The position numbers and the translations under genes were made by a program. A stretch of 24,577 bases of DNA from Rotaria sp. Its lineage: Eukaryota. The DNA lies in contig CAJNSZ010000091.1 in the NCBI GenBank assembly GCA_905329745.1, positions 29,569 to 54,145 of the forward strand. Reading direction: 5' to 3'. Of the stretch, positions 1 through 11,482 are shown one piece after another; within the stretch, counting starts at the first letter, position 1; each line of letters begins with the position of its first letter. Below the pieces are notes generated by a model, which had not been told where the DNA came from, ran no database searches, and saw nothing but the letters and a program-made list of their open reading frames with translations.

Positions 1-125
1 GAAATCGGGGGTCTCAGGAAAACTCTTATAACTCTTTAACAGAACAAGCTAGAGATCTCGGCCTTGTGTAGATCGAAAGAGAACAATGTTTTCTATCGAA
101 CGATTATATAAAAAGTAAAAATCAA

Positions 126-350
126 ATGGAAAATACTTTCCCTATTTCGTGTTCAAAATGTCTAGCAAAAATTTATCTTATTGGTCAATTGTCAGACCAA
201 TCAATTTTCACATACTTTTGTAGCCCTGAATGTCCTCTTTCGAATGGTGAAAACCGCAAGTCTCTATCTAGTTCCTATCAAAAGTTATTCAATTTACAGT
301 CAGGTGCATTCTATTTTGAAACGGATAGTAGTAACATGAAATCATGTTAA
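126..350 (+). CDS. Hypothetical small ORF (74 aa) with CxxC...FCSPEC cysteine pairs; possibly a single exon or not a gene
   Basis: Open frame MENTFPISCSKCLAKIYLIGQLSDQSIFTYFCSPEC...; cysteine pair spacing could be zinc-binding. No splice partners verified. Confidence 0.25.
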   Translation: MENTFPISCSKCLAKIYLIGQLSDQSIFTYFCSPECPLSNGENRKSLSSSYQKLFNLQSGAFYFETDSSNMKSC

Positions 351-1108
351 CATGTGTTGATTGACCTTCTGACATTATGCAGCCACTTTTCGGCTGCAGC
401 TGAATATTTATAGGTTACAAATTAGAAACTGAAAACATTTTAGTAATGAGCACTTTCGACTAGCTGTAATCGTACCCACGTCAGAGTGGTCGTTGACGTA
501 TCACAAAGAAGCAAGAAATGAGTCATATCTCATATTATCTACTTTTCATCATGATCATTAGATAAATAGTGATTTCGTTTAGTTATTAAAAAAATGGAGC
601 AGATACCATAAAACATAATAATTATTTTTGAATTTAGAAAAAAAAGATTGCATTTAATTAAGATTCGTTGAGATAGAGATTAGATTTACGTTTCGACAAT
701 CATTTAGAGAAATACATTGGACGTTTCGTTTGATAATCCAACACCTAATAACTGATTATTTTGTCATACCAGAAAAATATTAATGTTTGCGAAATTCTAC
801 AGATACAAATGCTTGTAACATAGAATTTTCTCTTATAAGTTTGTAAAAACCTTAGTAAGAAAAAATTGTTTTTAGCGAAAGAACTGTTAACTGATCAAAA
901 ATGATCTGACAAATCCAGTTGTTTTTTACCGATCTAAATAATTTTTGTTAGCCGCCAAATGAATTAGATTGATTCGAAAATTCTCAATCGTTTACAATAT
1001 TGTTTTGGCATAAATCGATTTTCTATGTCAATCAATACAAAAAAAGAATTAAAATCAATAAAGCTTTACATTATATGTTCACTTTGATAAGAAAATAAAT
1101 TTTCATAT

Positions 1109-3166
1109 TCAACTAAGAATATCCCAAAGACTAGCCAATGTATAACCTTGTGGTAATTTCTCAATAGCTAAACCAAGTTCTTCGGAATAAACAGGTTCAT
1201 GATCATGTTTACCAGCATCCGTCAAATAAGTCTAACACAACAAAAAAGAAAACGAAAACGATTTATTTTTAAATTGAATTAAAAATAAAACATTACTGCA
1301 TATGAATCTGTATGTTCTCGACTTTGTAATATTTCAATATCATCAACTTTACTTTCTAAACGTGTTGTTGGTTGATCAGGTTGTTGTTCTTCTATTGAAA
1401 ATTGTACACCAAATTCTGGATTTGCAAAATAACTAAAGAAATCAGTTAGATTTTTTTTTTTCTTCATTAAAATTCAAATGAGATCATTCGTCTAATTACG
1501 TCTTATGAAGTGCAACAATTTCTTTATGAACTTCTCGAAGTTTTTCTTCAGGTGCTAATTGAAATCCAAGTAAATAATTTCCACTCTAGAAAAAACAAAA
1601 ATTTTTCTTTTGAAAAAATAACTTCAAGAAATTTACTTACATATGGTGTTGTTTCAATAACAAGTGCTAAACCAAATTTTGAATCTCGAACTTTAATACT
1701 TTTTGTTTGATAATATGGTACACTAACATTAAAATTTTCATTTAATTCTGCATGCCATATAACACGAATATCTGTTATATGGAAAATGCCAAGATTACCC
1801 TTAAATTAACAAAAAAAAAAAAACAAAGACTCAGATTTTTCTAATGCCAACAAAAAAAAAATAATAAAAGAAACTTCAAAGAAATACTTGATCAGATGAA
1901 AGATTCCAAACGCCATTATATCGATTATGTAAACGTTCTTTAGGTAAAATACGTAATTGACCTTTATTAAGTAATGATGAACGAAGACGAATTTCACGAT
2001 AAAGACGTGATGAATCATATGCTTTATGAACAGCAACAACTGAATTAAGCATTGCACTTGAGCCAGATAAAAGATTAGTAAATATAAATTCATAACGAGA
2101 TTGACCAGATTTTGTTAGAAGATATAATGATTCTGTACTACCACGAAGTTTCTATTCGAAAAAAAAAACAACACGATTATAAATAAGAAAATCAAATATT
2201 AATTAGTAATACAGATTTCGCATTTCGCACAGTAATTGTTACAATCGCATAAAGACCAATAGCTTAAAAGAGAAAAGGAAAACTATATGAAGAAATTTTG
2301 TTTTGTAATTATCCATTTACGTACAAAGATTAACACGTGGTGATGCATGGCTATGCCAAATTAGACGAATATTGGTTATAGTAAGTTTTCCTAGATGAAA
2401 TAAGAATTGTCTAATTTCTGCGCTAGAAGTAAATAGAAATGGATGTAAACTCAAGAACTCGACAACGGTAACAATTAATGATCTACAGTTTTCGGTAATC
2501 GAAAGACAAGAACATCTGATGTTGTTTTTTTTGTCTAATACGATATAAGATAAAACGATTTAAAAATCTATCATCTTCGCAAACAATTCAAAACCAATTA
2601 TGAAAACTTTCATAAAAAGTTAGAAACTTCTTTAAAAATCAACAGAAATCTGTATGATTTTTGTTTGCTTAATATTGAAATGTGAGAAGACGATTGTCGA
2701 AAAATTGTAGGTTGCTAGCTATTGAGATTATATTTACTTCTCTTTAGTTTTGTTGTGAAGATTAATCAGTTTCTTTTCAAAGAAAAATTAAACTGATCTT
2801 CTTAGGGCGATTATTTTGATCATCGAAAATAGTGAATTACTACCTTAATTTTCACCGTAATCCATCATATCGTTGCTTTTTGTATGACGGATTATGGCAT
2901 CATTACCTTATATCTGGATTGTTCATTTCATTTTTCGAACAAAACTAATCATTGATTTACCTTTATCACCATTATTTCCTTTTGTATCTTCGACTGAGCT
3001 GAGTGTATCAATAATAAATTCACCTGGACGACATTTGAGATCACTGGAAAAAATGATTTTATTATTAGGAATAAATATGAAATATAAATTACTTCACCGC
3101 AACATCAAATCGAATTTCTCGATCATGCCATACAGACAAATTTAATTCTTGTTCTTTCGATGCCAT
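1109..3166 (-). CDS. BBS5: Bardet-Biedl syndrome 5 protein homolog (BBSome subunit), complete, 9 exons, 346 aa
   Basis: complement(join(1109..1231,1297..1432,1500..1585,1641..1799,1888..2151,2213..2262,2325..2390,2961..3043,3093..3166)). All junctions are GT-AG and phases match; total 1041 nt. Spliced protein reads [269 protein letters not shown]...[57 protein letters not shown], recognisable as BBS5 along its whole length. Confidence 0.95.
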
Positions 3167-3333
3167 TGAATTTCTTTAAAATTTTTTGTATCGATTTTAT
3201 AAATTAACAATTCTGTTTTTCTACAATGTAAAAATCGTAGACTTCTTTCATGTCAATCAACCATTATGTTGACTAAATTCAAAGAGGTTTCTTCTCTTCC
3301 ATAAAGCTTCGTTTTTTTTTTTGCATTTTACAG

Positions 3334-3861
3334 ATGTCACTTTGTTCTTGTTCTTCATGTTCGACAATGTCATCATCATCATTACGATCAAGTAAATCAA
3401 ATAACTCTTATTGTTTATTGTCATCATCATTTTCTTCAATAACAACTGTTTCGAGTCAATCAAACAATGAAGTAATAGTATGTCTCTCGTTTAAAACATT
3501 TTCTTAGAAAAATTTTGAATCATTTTTTTTCAAGCAACAATATTTAATAACTGATAATGAACAATGGCCAACTCCACCAGTAGAAGAAATTCAATTGCAG
3601 CAAAATATCGTACAAGATAATTGTCGAATTGAAAAAAATGTAAGTATGAAAAAACAAAACTTCGAATCCTAGTGAAGTATCGTTACTTTTGTTTTTTGTT
3701 TTATTTAGGTTTCTCTAAAAGATCAACAATCGAATAAAAATGGTTGTATTCTCAAAGCAACAATGACTAATGAACAAATTCTTATTTCTGACTCATCATC
3801 GACTAGATCAAGAATAATTCCAGGCAAACATGTTTCGATGAAAGTAGTATTTCATTTTTGA
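3334..3861 (+). CDS. Small Ser-rich protein of unknown function, 3 exons, 131 aa, divergent from BBS5
   Basis: join(3334..3471,3535..3639,3709..3861), all phase 0 with GT-AG borders (GTAATA/TTTCAAG, GTAAGT/TTTTATTTAG). Protein MSLCSCSSCSTMSSSSLRSSKSNNSYCLLSSSFSSITTVSSQSNNEQQYLITDNEQWPTPPVEEIQLQQNIVQDNCRIEKNVSLKDQQSNKNGCILKATMTNEQILISDSSSTRSRIIPGKHVSMKVVFHF*. The ATG directly follows a TTTTACAG acceptor-like site, so an upstream exon is possible. Confidence 0.6.
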
Positions 3862-5251
3862 TTCGTATTTGTATTGTTATATTTTCTTATGTGAAAGATT
3901 CTATTATATTTACTCATCATGAACCATTTGAACGTTAATAAATAAAATAACTTGTGACTTTTTATTGCTTGTTGTCAGGAATTTGAGGCGTGGGTGAGGT
4001 GTGCACTGTAAAAAAAAATGCGTAGATTAATAAAGCATACGAATTTAGAGTTTATTGAATTGGCAAACGCCCTTGAAGAATACATGAAGCAGACATAAGC
4101 TCTAAAAAAGGTGTGGATGTATGTCGGCGAGTGAAGAGAAAACGTACTCATACCTGGACATCCAGTATCAAGTCAACGTCGGATGAAACTTATTTTGAAA
4201 CGCTAATGTTTACAATACATAAAGTATTTCACTGATAGAAATTATATATGATGTTAAACTATTCTAATAAAGTAAAATCAACAAGTTGATTTAACGACAT
4301 CTTTCATTCGTATTTTGTTTAAGCTGAATTGACTATAGTATTGTCATGCTATTACTATGTAATGTAGCACCATCATCTACGTGAAATTAAGCGTTCTCGA
4401 AAGTAAAATATATGTTTCAGCAAGTGACAAGCAGTATAAACTGTGCGCTTGCTGGATCTATCACGCCAATTCAACAACAAAGTCATGATTTCGATCGTCT
4501 AAGAAATATTCTATCGATCGACGCAGGACTTTCTTTTCTATATTTTTGATGAAAGTATCATTCAACATAGAATGAATGCACACTTGCTGTTTTTACATCT
4601 TTTTGAGAAGATCGAATCAATGAAAAATGCGATTTTTCACATAATGAAAAACTAGGGAAAAGAAAAAAAAATGCATCACATTATGGTTCGTCACTTTGCG
4701 TCAAACATACATTTTATTTACTTGTCTGTCATACTAAACTTTATCGGTATTTGTAAATAGCATATAATTTTCATGTAGAAAATTTGTTTTTTGTCATTCG
4801 ATGAAAATAAACACTTAGTCGCACTGATGCCTTCAAATAGTGATGCTAAACTTTTCAGGTACTGAGTCTTCGAACAGACAAACAAAGTTCTTTTGCGACG
4901 AAGTCAGTAAGTAGAAAAAATACAGTAAATCACTACAGCAGATAAGTCGGAAATTTTCACTGTAATCGGCCACTTAAAAGTCGACGTTTCTTCGGCAAGA
5001 GTACTTCTGTTCTCCATGCGCTGATCTTTTATTTCAATCCGCTTTTCTCTCTCTCTCTACTGTTTGACAGTGATGAGCGAATCGGAATCAATCTATGCTT
5101 TCCAGTAACGATTACCTAAAACATACGAAACACTATTCTTTTTCTTTGAATCAGAGCTAGAAGAAATTAAGCATATTGTTTTCTGGACAATTCTACATTA
5201 TTGTACTACTAGCTTCATACTCTCATAGCTTCTCTAACAATCGACAAAAAA

Positions 5252-5638
5252 ATGACTTCGACAAACATTACTACAACACTTCTACCAAATGATCCTACCG
5301 ATCTCTCTGTCGTTATACCTATCTCGGTTGGTTTTGCCGTCGTCGACATCGTCATGGTCGGCTTTATCTTGGCTTTGTTAGTGTTGAATCAGCGATTACA
5401 TACAGTCACTCATCTATTGATCGGAAATATTTGCGTGTAGTCTATATTCTATTGCGTTGTTCAATCAAACAATCTTATTTAGCTAATCTTTGTACAATGG
5501 ACACTAGTGCAATATCATACCGATGGCAAGGCTACTTTACTTACTTGACTATGCCAGATGTGGTTTATTCCTATTTTATTCAGGCAATATCTTATTTGTT
5601 CTTTATTGCTGTAGCTAATAAATATCATGGTAAATTCC
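5252..5638 (+). pseudogene. N-terminal fragment of a rhodopsin-like 7TM receptor (about TM1-TM3), decayed
   Basis: Frame 1 MTSTNITTTLLPNDPTDLSVVIPISVGFAVVDIVMVGFILALLVLNQRLHTVTHLLIGNICV, then TAG (5438..5440), SIFYCVVQSNNLI, TAG (5480..5482), LIFVQW, then a 1-nt frame change near 5500 to DTSAISYRWQGYFTYLTMPDVVYSYFIQAISYLFFIAVANKY. No downstream TM segments follow. Confidence 0.65.
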
Positions 5639-5807
5639 ATTTTCGCCGAAGATGAATTTCATCGAAAACGCAATTCGCCGAAAAGGAAGTTCGCCGATTC
5701 CATTATCGCCGAATGAATTTATCACCGAAAACGAATAAGTTGGATTTATTCGGTTATAAAATGATTCGGCGATCTTTGTTTTGGCGAATGTCACTTTCGG
5801 CGAAAAT
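5639..5807. mobile_element. Short non-autonomous inverted-repeat element built from TCGCCGA motifs
   Basis: 12-bp perfect terminal inverted repeat ATTTTCGCCGAA (5639..5650) / TTCGGCGAAAAT (5796..5807). Internal TCGCCGA at 5643, 5675, 5691, 5706 and TCGGCGA at 5766, 5798. Confidence 0.5.
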
Positions 5808-6061
5808 AGACTAAATCAGTAAAATACTCATTTTATTTCAGTAGAATATAAATGTTCGTTGTTTCAGATGATGATTAATCAAGGTTTTAAAATGGGCATG
5901 TAATCATTACCATTTGAATGTTCTTTTTGTAATTGGATTGGTATCCTAAAAAATTATCAAGTATAATATCTTATGTTCATCTTATTTCAGAACGTTAGAT
6001 TCTTTTCTTCTAAATGAATATCTTGATCAAATTTCTTAAAATACAAAATAAGAATATTATC

Positions 6062-6469
6062 ATGAACAATTCGATTTCAGTTGAAAACCTTAATGAACGT
6101 AAAATATCGACATGTGAAAAAATCATTGTAAACTGTTTGTTGAAAGATTTTGGCTGTCATGAACAAGTATAGACATTAAATAATTGAGACTAATTCATTT
6201 GAAATTATTTTCTATAGATTCATCGTTGTAAAATATCAAATCATTATTTGAGTGAACAACATCGAAATTAATTAATGAAAAGTCTTCATCAAATGAAATT
6301 ACAAATCGAAAGTGTGAGAAAGGCATCGACTAAAATAGGCACTGATAATGTTCGAAGAACAACATTTGTAGCTGTTGATGTTACTACAGCGCTTTTTCAA
6401 GATTTATGTGAAATACTCGATATTCCGTCACATAGTTTAAATATATTGAATAATGATGAACAAGAATGA
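6062..6469 (+). pseudogene. Probable TRAF-type zinc finger protein remnant (two exons, internal stop)
   Basis: Exon 6062..6166 (MNNSISVENLNERKISTCEKIIVNCLLKDFGCHEQ) + GT-AG intron 6167..6217 + exon from 6218 (IHRCKISNHYLSEQHRN), TAA at 6269..6271, then the same frame continues LMKSLHQMKLQIESVRKASTKIGTDNVRR... to 6469. C-x(n)-GC-x-HR-x-H-x-H resembles TRAF-type zinc finger spacing. Confidence 0.45.
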
Positions 6470-7821
6470 CTTAATAATGCATTATTTCAATGTTAAACGA
6501 AATTTTCAACATTAACACTAATATTTTTACGATCTAAATTGTCTACACAAAAAAGCAATACAAGCATTATTATCCGATTTGAGATTCTCTTATGAAAGTG
6601 CACTGATCTCGATCTCGATCTGATCTGATGTCTATTAACGAATATTAGTCTTGAATCATTTGATAAAAAGATACACTTGAAAAACAGCATACACTACAAA
6701 ATAAATTACTTCTATCGAAGTCTTTTGCTACTATGAACAAAAAAAAAAACAAAGTTTAATTTACTGTAACACTTTCGAGTAGCTATAATAACGTCTGATA
6801 TGCATGAAAAACTTGTTCAAGGAAACGATTATATCTTTTCATCGAATGTATTATCGGATTTTGTTCATAAGTACGAGTCCATGAGAATAGAAGAACTATG
6901 AAAAGATTCGTCTCTATACGGTAATATTCTCGAATTATGATCGTTTTATTAAATTGTCGGTCTCTAGCAAGATATATATGAAATAACCCAATTACATAAT
7001 GTTCATTTGAATTTTTGTTCATAGATTGATCTTATAGACATGAGATAGTTCGAAACGTTTTAGTCTAGAAGAATGTATTCTTTTTTGAAATATAACATAT
7101 TCAAAAATTAATCAAGTGTCACAACAAAAACTGAGAAAATGAAGTACTTTCAATGTTTCATATCTCAAGAACCGAATATTCTTTTGAACTGAAATTTAAA
7201 GAACTATCTAGTGATTACAAAATCGATGTATATATATAGACAAATGTTCATATAGAAATTCCTCTATACTTCGATTATTCTATGTGGTTTGCTAGAAATA
7301 GGCAATCCAGTAAATAGTTGTGCAAGTAAATAAAGTCTAGAGATCAAGACTTGATATTTCCTTCCATTCCTTCAGAAGACGTTGAGCCTCTTGACAAATG
7401 GTTGAACTCTTCCCCTATAACATTTTTCTGCTCACACCACTATCAATAAAATGGTCATAATTCGAGAAGGATAACATACGAGAACGAACCTTTCTAGAGT
7501 TTTTCTAGTCTCATAAAATATTACTTATGGACAAAATCTAAGTTTGATCGATGATTAGCATTTGAAAAAGTCCTTTGTTAATGATATAATCGTGCAACTT
7601 AATTGTGAATATTATACATTGGAAAGAGATTCACAATTATGACATTTGTAAAATATGACTTGTTCTTTTTAATCTCCCTCCGTTTTTCTTTAGTTCAACA
7701 ATAATCAAACGTCTCTTTTTTTGTTTTTTTTTATTTAAATCAAAAAGGAATAATCGATTTGAACAAAGTCTCTTTCATCTCAACAACTTATAATAGATAT
7801 AATAAGTCTTCAAAAGAAAAT

Positions 7822-7906
7822 GGTGGGGTGTGGGTGTGAGTGGACACTCATATCCACATTCACGCTTATACACCCGCATACGCACATACCCACACCCATG
7901 TCCACC
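7822..7906. repeat. G-tract / C-tract inverted pair with telomere-like TGTGGG sequence
   Basis: ggtggggtgtgggtgtgagtggacac ... acccgcatacgcacatacccacacccatgtccacc. Confidence 0.7.
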
Positions 7907-8182
7907 TCTTACTCCAAAAAATCTTCGTTTTTCAAATAATCATCATGAATGTGACTATCTTTGATGGTAACTATTTGTAAGAAGTGTCGTAACTAGTAAT
8001 TAGCGATACTTTAATTTTTCGAATGAAACGATAACAACCGTAAGCAGCTTTCAAAGATTCAAATCTCGAGAGAAGGAAAATTTAATTTATTTTAGTTTTG
8101 GAAAAAACGATTTCGAACAATAGTGGGATGTTGGTATGACCATCGAATAAGAGGAAACCTACACTCACACACATCTCAAATG

Positions 8183-11100
8183 TCATTTTATAGATAGTAT
8201 CTGTGCTAATTTTGTTTTATAAAATTCTTCTTTATACGTTGTTGATGGCAACACGAACAAAAGAAAACCAAGTACTTGTGGTGAATATGACAGAAAATAT
8301 GTAGTTAGAAGAGAATAACGTTGCCACGGTTCAACTAATTCTTTACATGCATAAGTAAAGGCTAGAATAGCTTGCGGTAAAGCACTTGCAAGAATAATAA
8401 TAGGAGTTATAAATAATTCTTTATTAATATTCAACTGGTTCATTATTAATTTTTGTTGTGTATGTTTGGTATTTATTTTGGCTTTATTACGAGCAGTAGC
8501 AATAATTAGAACTACAATGGTAATTATTTGAATTGTGCAAGGTACAAGATAATGAAACATTACGTTGAAACGATTGTACACTGACCATTGATACGGCGTA
8601 TAGTTTGGAACACATAGTGTAGCCGATATTTGTTTTGGATCATCAATAAGCTTGTAGAAAAATAATTCATGTATGTGAAAAACAAATAATACAAAAATAA
8701 CGATCGTTGCCGAGATGAAAGCATATTTCGGTGATTTAATTGACAATTTTGTTGGATAAAGAACTAATCCTAGACGATGTATAGTAATCAGACTGGTTAA
8801 CCAATAATTGATTCGAGTCAGTACTGACAATAAATAAGAAATAATTTTACACATGTACAAGTTCAATAGAGTATTGAACAGATTACCATTTAAATTGAGT
8901 ACAGTATGAATTATTTTTACCAGTAATATGAATAATGAACATTGATTAAAAATAGATAATATTAATAAATAATTACCAGCAGCATATTCTCTTGGTTTTG
9001 GTTGTTTAAATGTTAGAAAACTACATATATTATTAACAAATCCAAGCAAAAAAGCAAGTGATGATATAAGCACGTAAATGCTAATGGATATTTTTTTTCT
9101 GCTGCTAATGATATCGTGGGCGATGAGAGAATCGACGGTGAAACTAAATACTTCTGTACTATATTGACATAAATGATCGTAATAACACCGAGAACAAACA
9201 CATAGAAAATCAGAGACACTTTTCAATTGTCCCTGAACACAGCGTCCCTGTAACAGACAATGAGCACATCGATCAGCTGTTGAATCATATCGAAAACATG
9301 CAGCACGGTAAAAATTTGCTTGACATATGCAAAAATAATTATCATCATGAAAGCATAATATCGATCGACTTTGACAAAGCTGATGATATTTTGAAACAGA
9401 TATACTTAAATTAAATTCAGATTCTAAAATTAAAAAAACATGTTAGGCAGATTCCGTATATCTAACGGACTTACTTGATAATTCAAATAACAGACGCGTG
9501 TGAGGACAATAATTTTCTTTTGACAAATCAATTGTTATATTAATGATTTTTTCATTTTCTCTGATGTATAACAAATACATAAATGGATCATATTCTTCTT
9601 TGTATAAACGAATTATACTCAATAATGGCGAAAGTGTTTGATCATGATCGAACGTTGATATTTGTGGTATTTTATTAAATAGTTGCTGTTCTTTTATTAT
9701 CAAATCAAATATTTTGGGAGTTAAATCATAATAGTGTATTAAAGCTGCACGAATGTTACTTAATTTTGTTGTCATAGTGATATTAAATTGTATGCGAACG
9801 GCAAATTTCTCCAATTCACAATTCTTTCCATAATATTTTCTTGGATATAAGCATTTATATTCAAATATATCAATATAATTATGAACAGTCAAACATGTAC
9901 CATTATTTAAACAGTGCAATTCATCGCATGGATTATATTTTAAATGACAAGTTGAACCAAAATGATTCAATGGACATATACATAAAGCTTGTTTATTAAA
10001 ATTTTGTGGTTTGCATATAGAGAGAGCGGAGCAAAACGATGAGCACCGATCATCAAAGTACTCGCAGAAAACACCATAGTAGCCACTTTTACAAGCACAA
10101 TAATATGTTTCATTAGAATTTGTTAAACGATGACAAAATCCATTTTTACCACAACGATTAGTATCGACGCATGAGTCATTCGTTTGATTCAGACGTAATA
10201 CCTTAGCAAAACGAAATGCTGGTAAGTAATCAAAATAAATTGGATATTGCCAGACGTTGAGTAATTCTACTGTTAAATTTCTGGTCAGTTCATATGCTTC
10301 GAATCGAATTGAATATGGATGATTTTGTTTAATGTCAGTTCGATTAAAGTAACGACGTTGTTTATTTTTAATCATTGCATCAGTTCTCGCATAAAGAAAA
10401 GAAAATTTATGTTTAATATAATTATCCCCTCGTTCAGCTGTTGGTGTGACATGAAATTGATGAAAATCAAGTAGTTGCTCATGAAAATAAAAACTTATGA
10501 CTATTTTGATAATCGTTGTATTGTCATTGATCGAATAATAAGTTAACTCTAAATGTGTGATGATAGTAATACGATCACTAAAAAAATTACAATATAGGCC
10601 GTAATAGCTAGACGGACAAAAACATATCCATTTTTGCGTAATATAATGGAAAATAGCAACACCACGGTTACAGATTTGAGATATTTTTTTTATTAGGATG
10701 CTACTATAATTAGAATGTTGTTGATTTTTCACTGTATTAGAAATTGATTGGTTAATAGGTATGGAAGGCGGATAATATAATAAGTGTTTCAGTTTTTCAA
10801 GATTAAGCAAGTGAGAGAATTTACCATTTCTATAGACTATATCTTCACGGCACCAGTATTCATCTTCGCCATATTCACAATCAATTTTTCCATTGCAACG
10901 GACGTCTTTCAAACAAGTTTGATTAATACAACTGAAATATAAATCTCCATGGCAGGCTTTGGTTAAATAAGAACAGATTGTATAATCTTCTTCATTTAAA
11001 CATCTAGTAGAATAACATAAATTTGCAGTTGTAATACATAGATTATTCTCAATCGTTAGACAATTGAAATCATAACCTTTTTGTCTGCCATAGCAATTTG

Positions 11101-11482
11101 CTAAAATATTTCTTTCATCTAAATCTCCATAACAATCACTAACATCATCACCAATTTTTGATAGTTTTATACACGGACGATTCTCAGTGAAATTATATGG
11201 GTTACTTACATTTGCTAATAAGCATGGATATTCTGTTGATATATTACACAGCATTGAAAATGGTTGAGTTCTGTAATGTAAAAAACACTTTTGTTGCATT
11301 TCAGCTAAATTCAATATTCTAAGATTATGTTTCGAAAATTCTTTGATTGTTAACAGTTTTTGTTCATCTGATGCATCACTACAATCCCATCTACCTAAAA
11401 CAAAAGCTGTTAGCACAATCTTTTGGTGAATTAAAATATGAAACACAATGTAGTTCTTCTTATCTTCATCCTCATTCCACAT
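8183..11482 (-). CDS. Chimeric receptor: LDL-receptor class A repeats + EGF-like repeats + C-terminal 7TM (rhodopsin-like GPCR); 5' end probably incomplete
   Basis: complement(join(8183..9423,9475..11482)). The 51-bp intron 9424..9474 has GTAAGT...TTTTAG borders and compatible phases. LDLa signatures (GRWDCSDASDE; CNGKIDCEYGEDEYWC), EGF signatures (CGKNGFCHRLTNSNETYYCACKSGYYGVFCEY; CDELHCLNNGTC), joined region CQSRSILCFHDDNYFCICQANFYRAACFRYDSTADRCAHCLLQGRCVQGQLKSVSDFLCVCSRC, then 7 hydrophobic helices. The first LDLa is truncated right after a TTTTGTTTTAG acceptor-like site (~11420-11430), so the given start Met is probably intronic. Confidence 0.85.

Noticed and set aside
379-397. Hairpin gcagccacttttcggctgc
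   Set aside because: Only a 6-bp stem, does not match the histone 3' stem-loop consensus, and no histone gene is nearby.
1279-2093. Separate small minus-strand ORFs in 1279..2093 as independent genes
   Set aside because: Those at 1279..1467 and 1510..1710 are partly pieces of BBS5 exons running into introns. The 1806..2093 ORF is out of frame with the BBS5 exon it overlaps.
9227-9442. Suspected frameshift between the receptor ectodomain and 7TM ORFs
   Set aside because: Careful recount of the T run (CAAATTTTTACC, five T) plus the 51-bp GT-AG intron gives a continuous frame (…ICQANFYRAACFRYDSTADRC…); no lesion needed.
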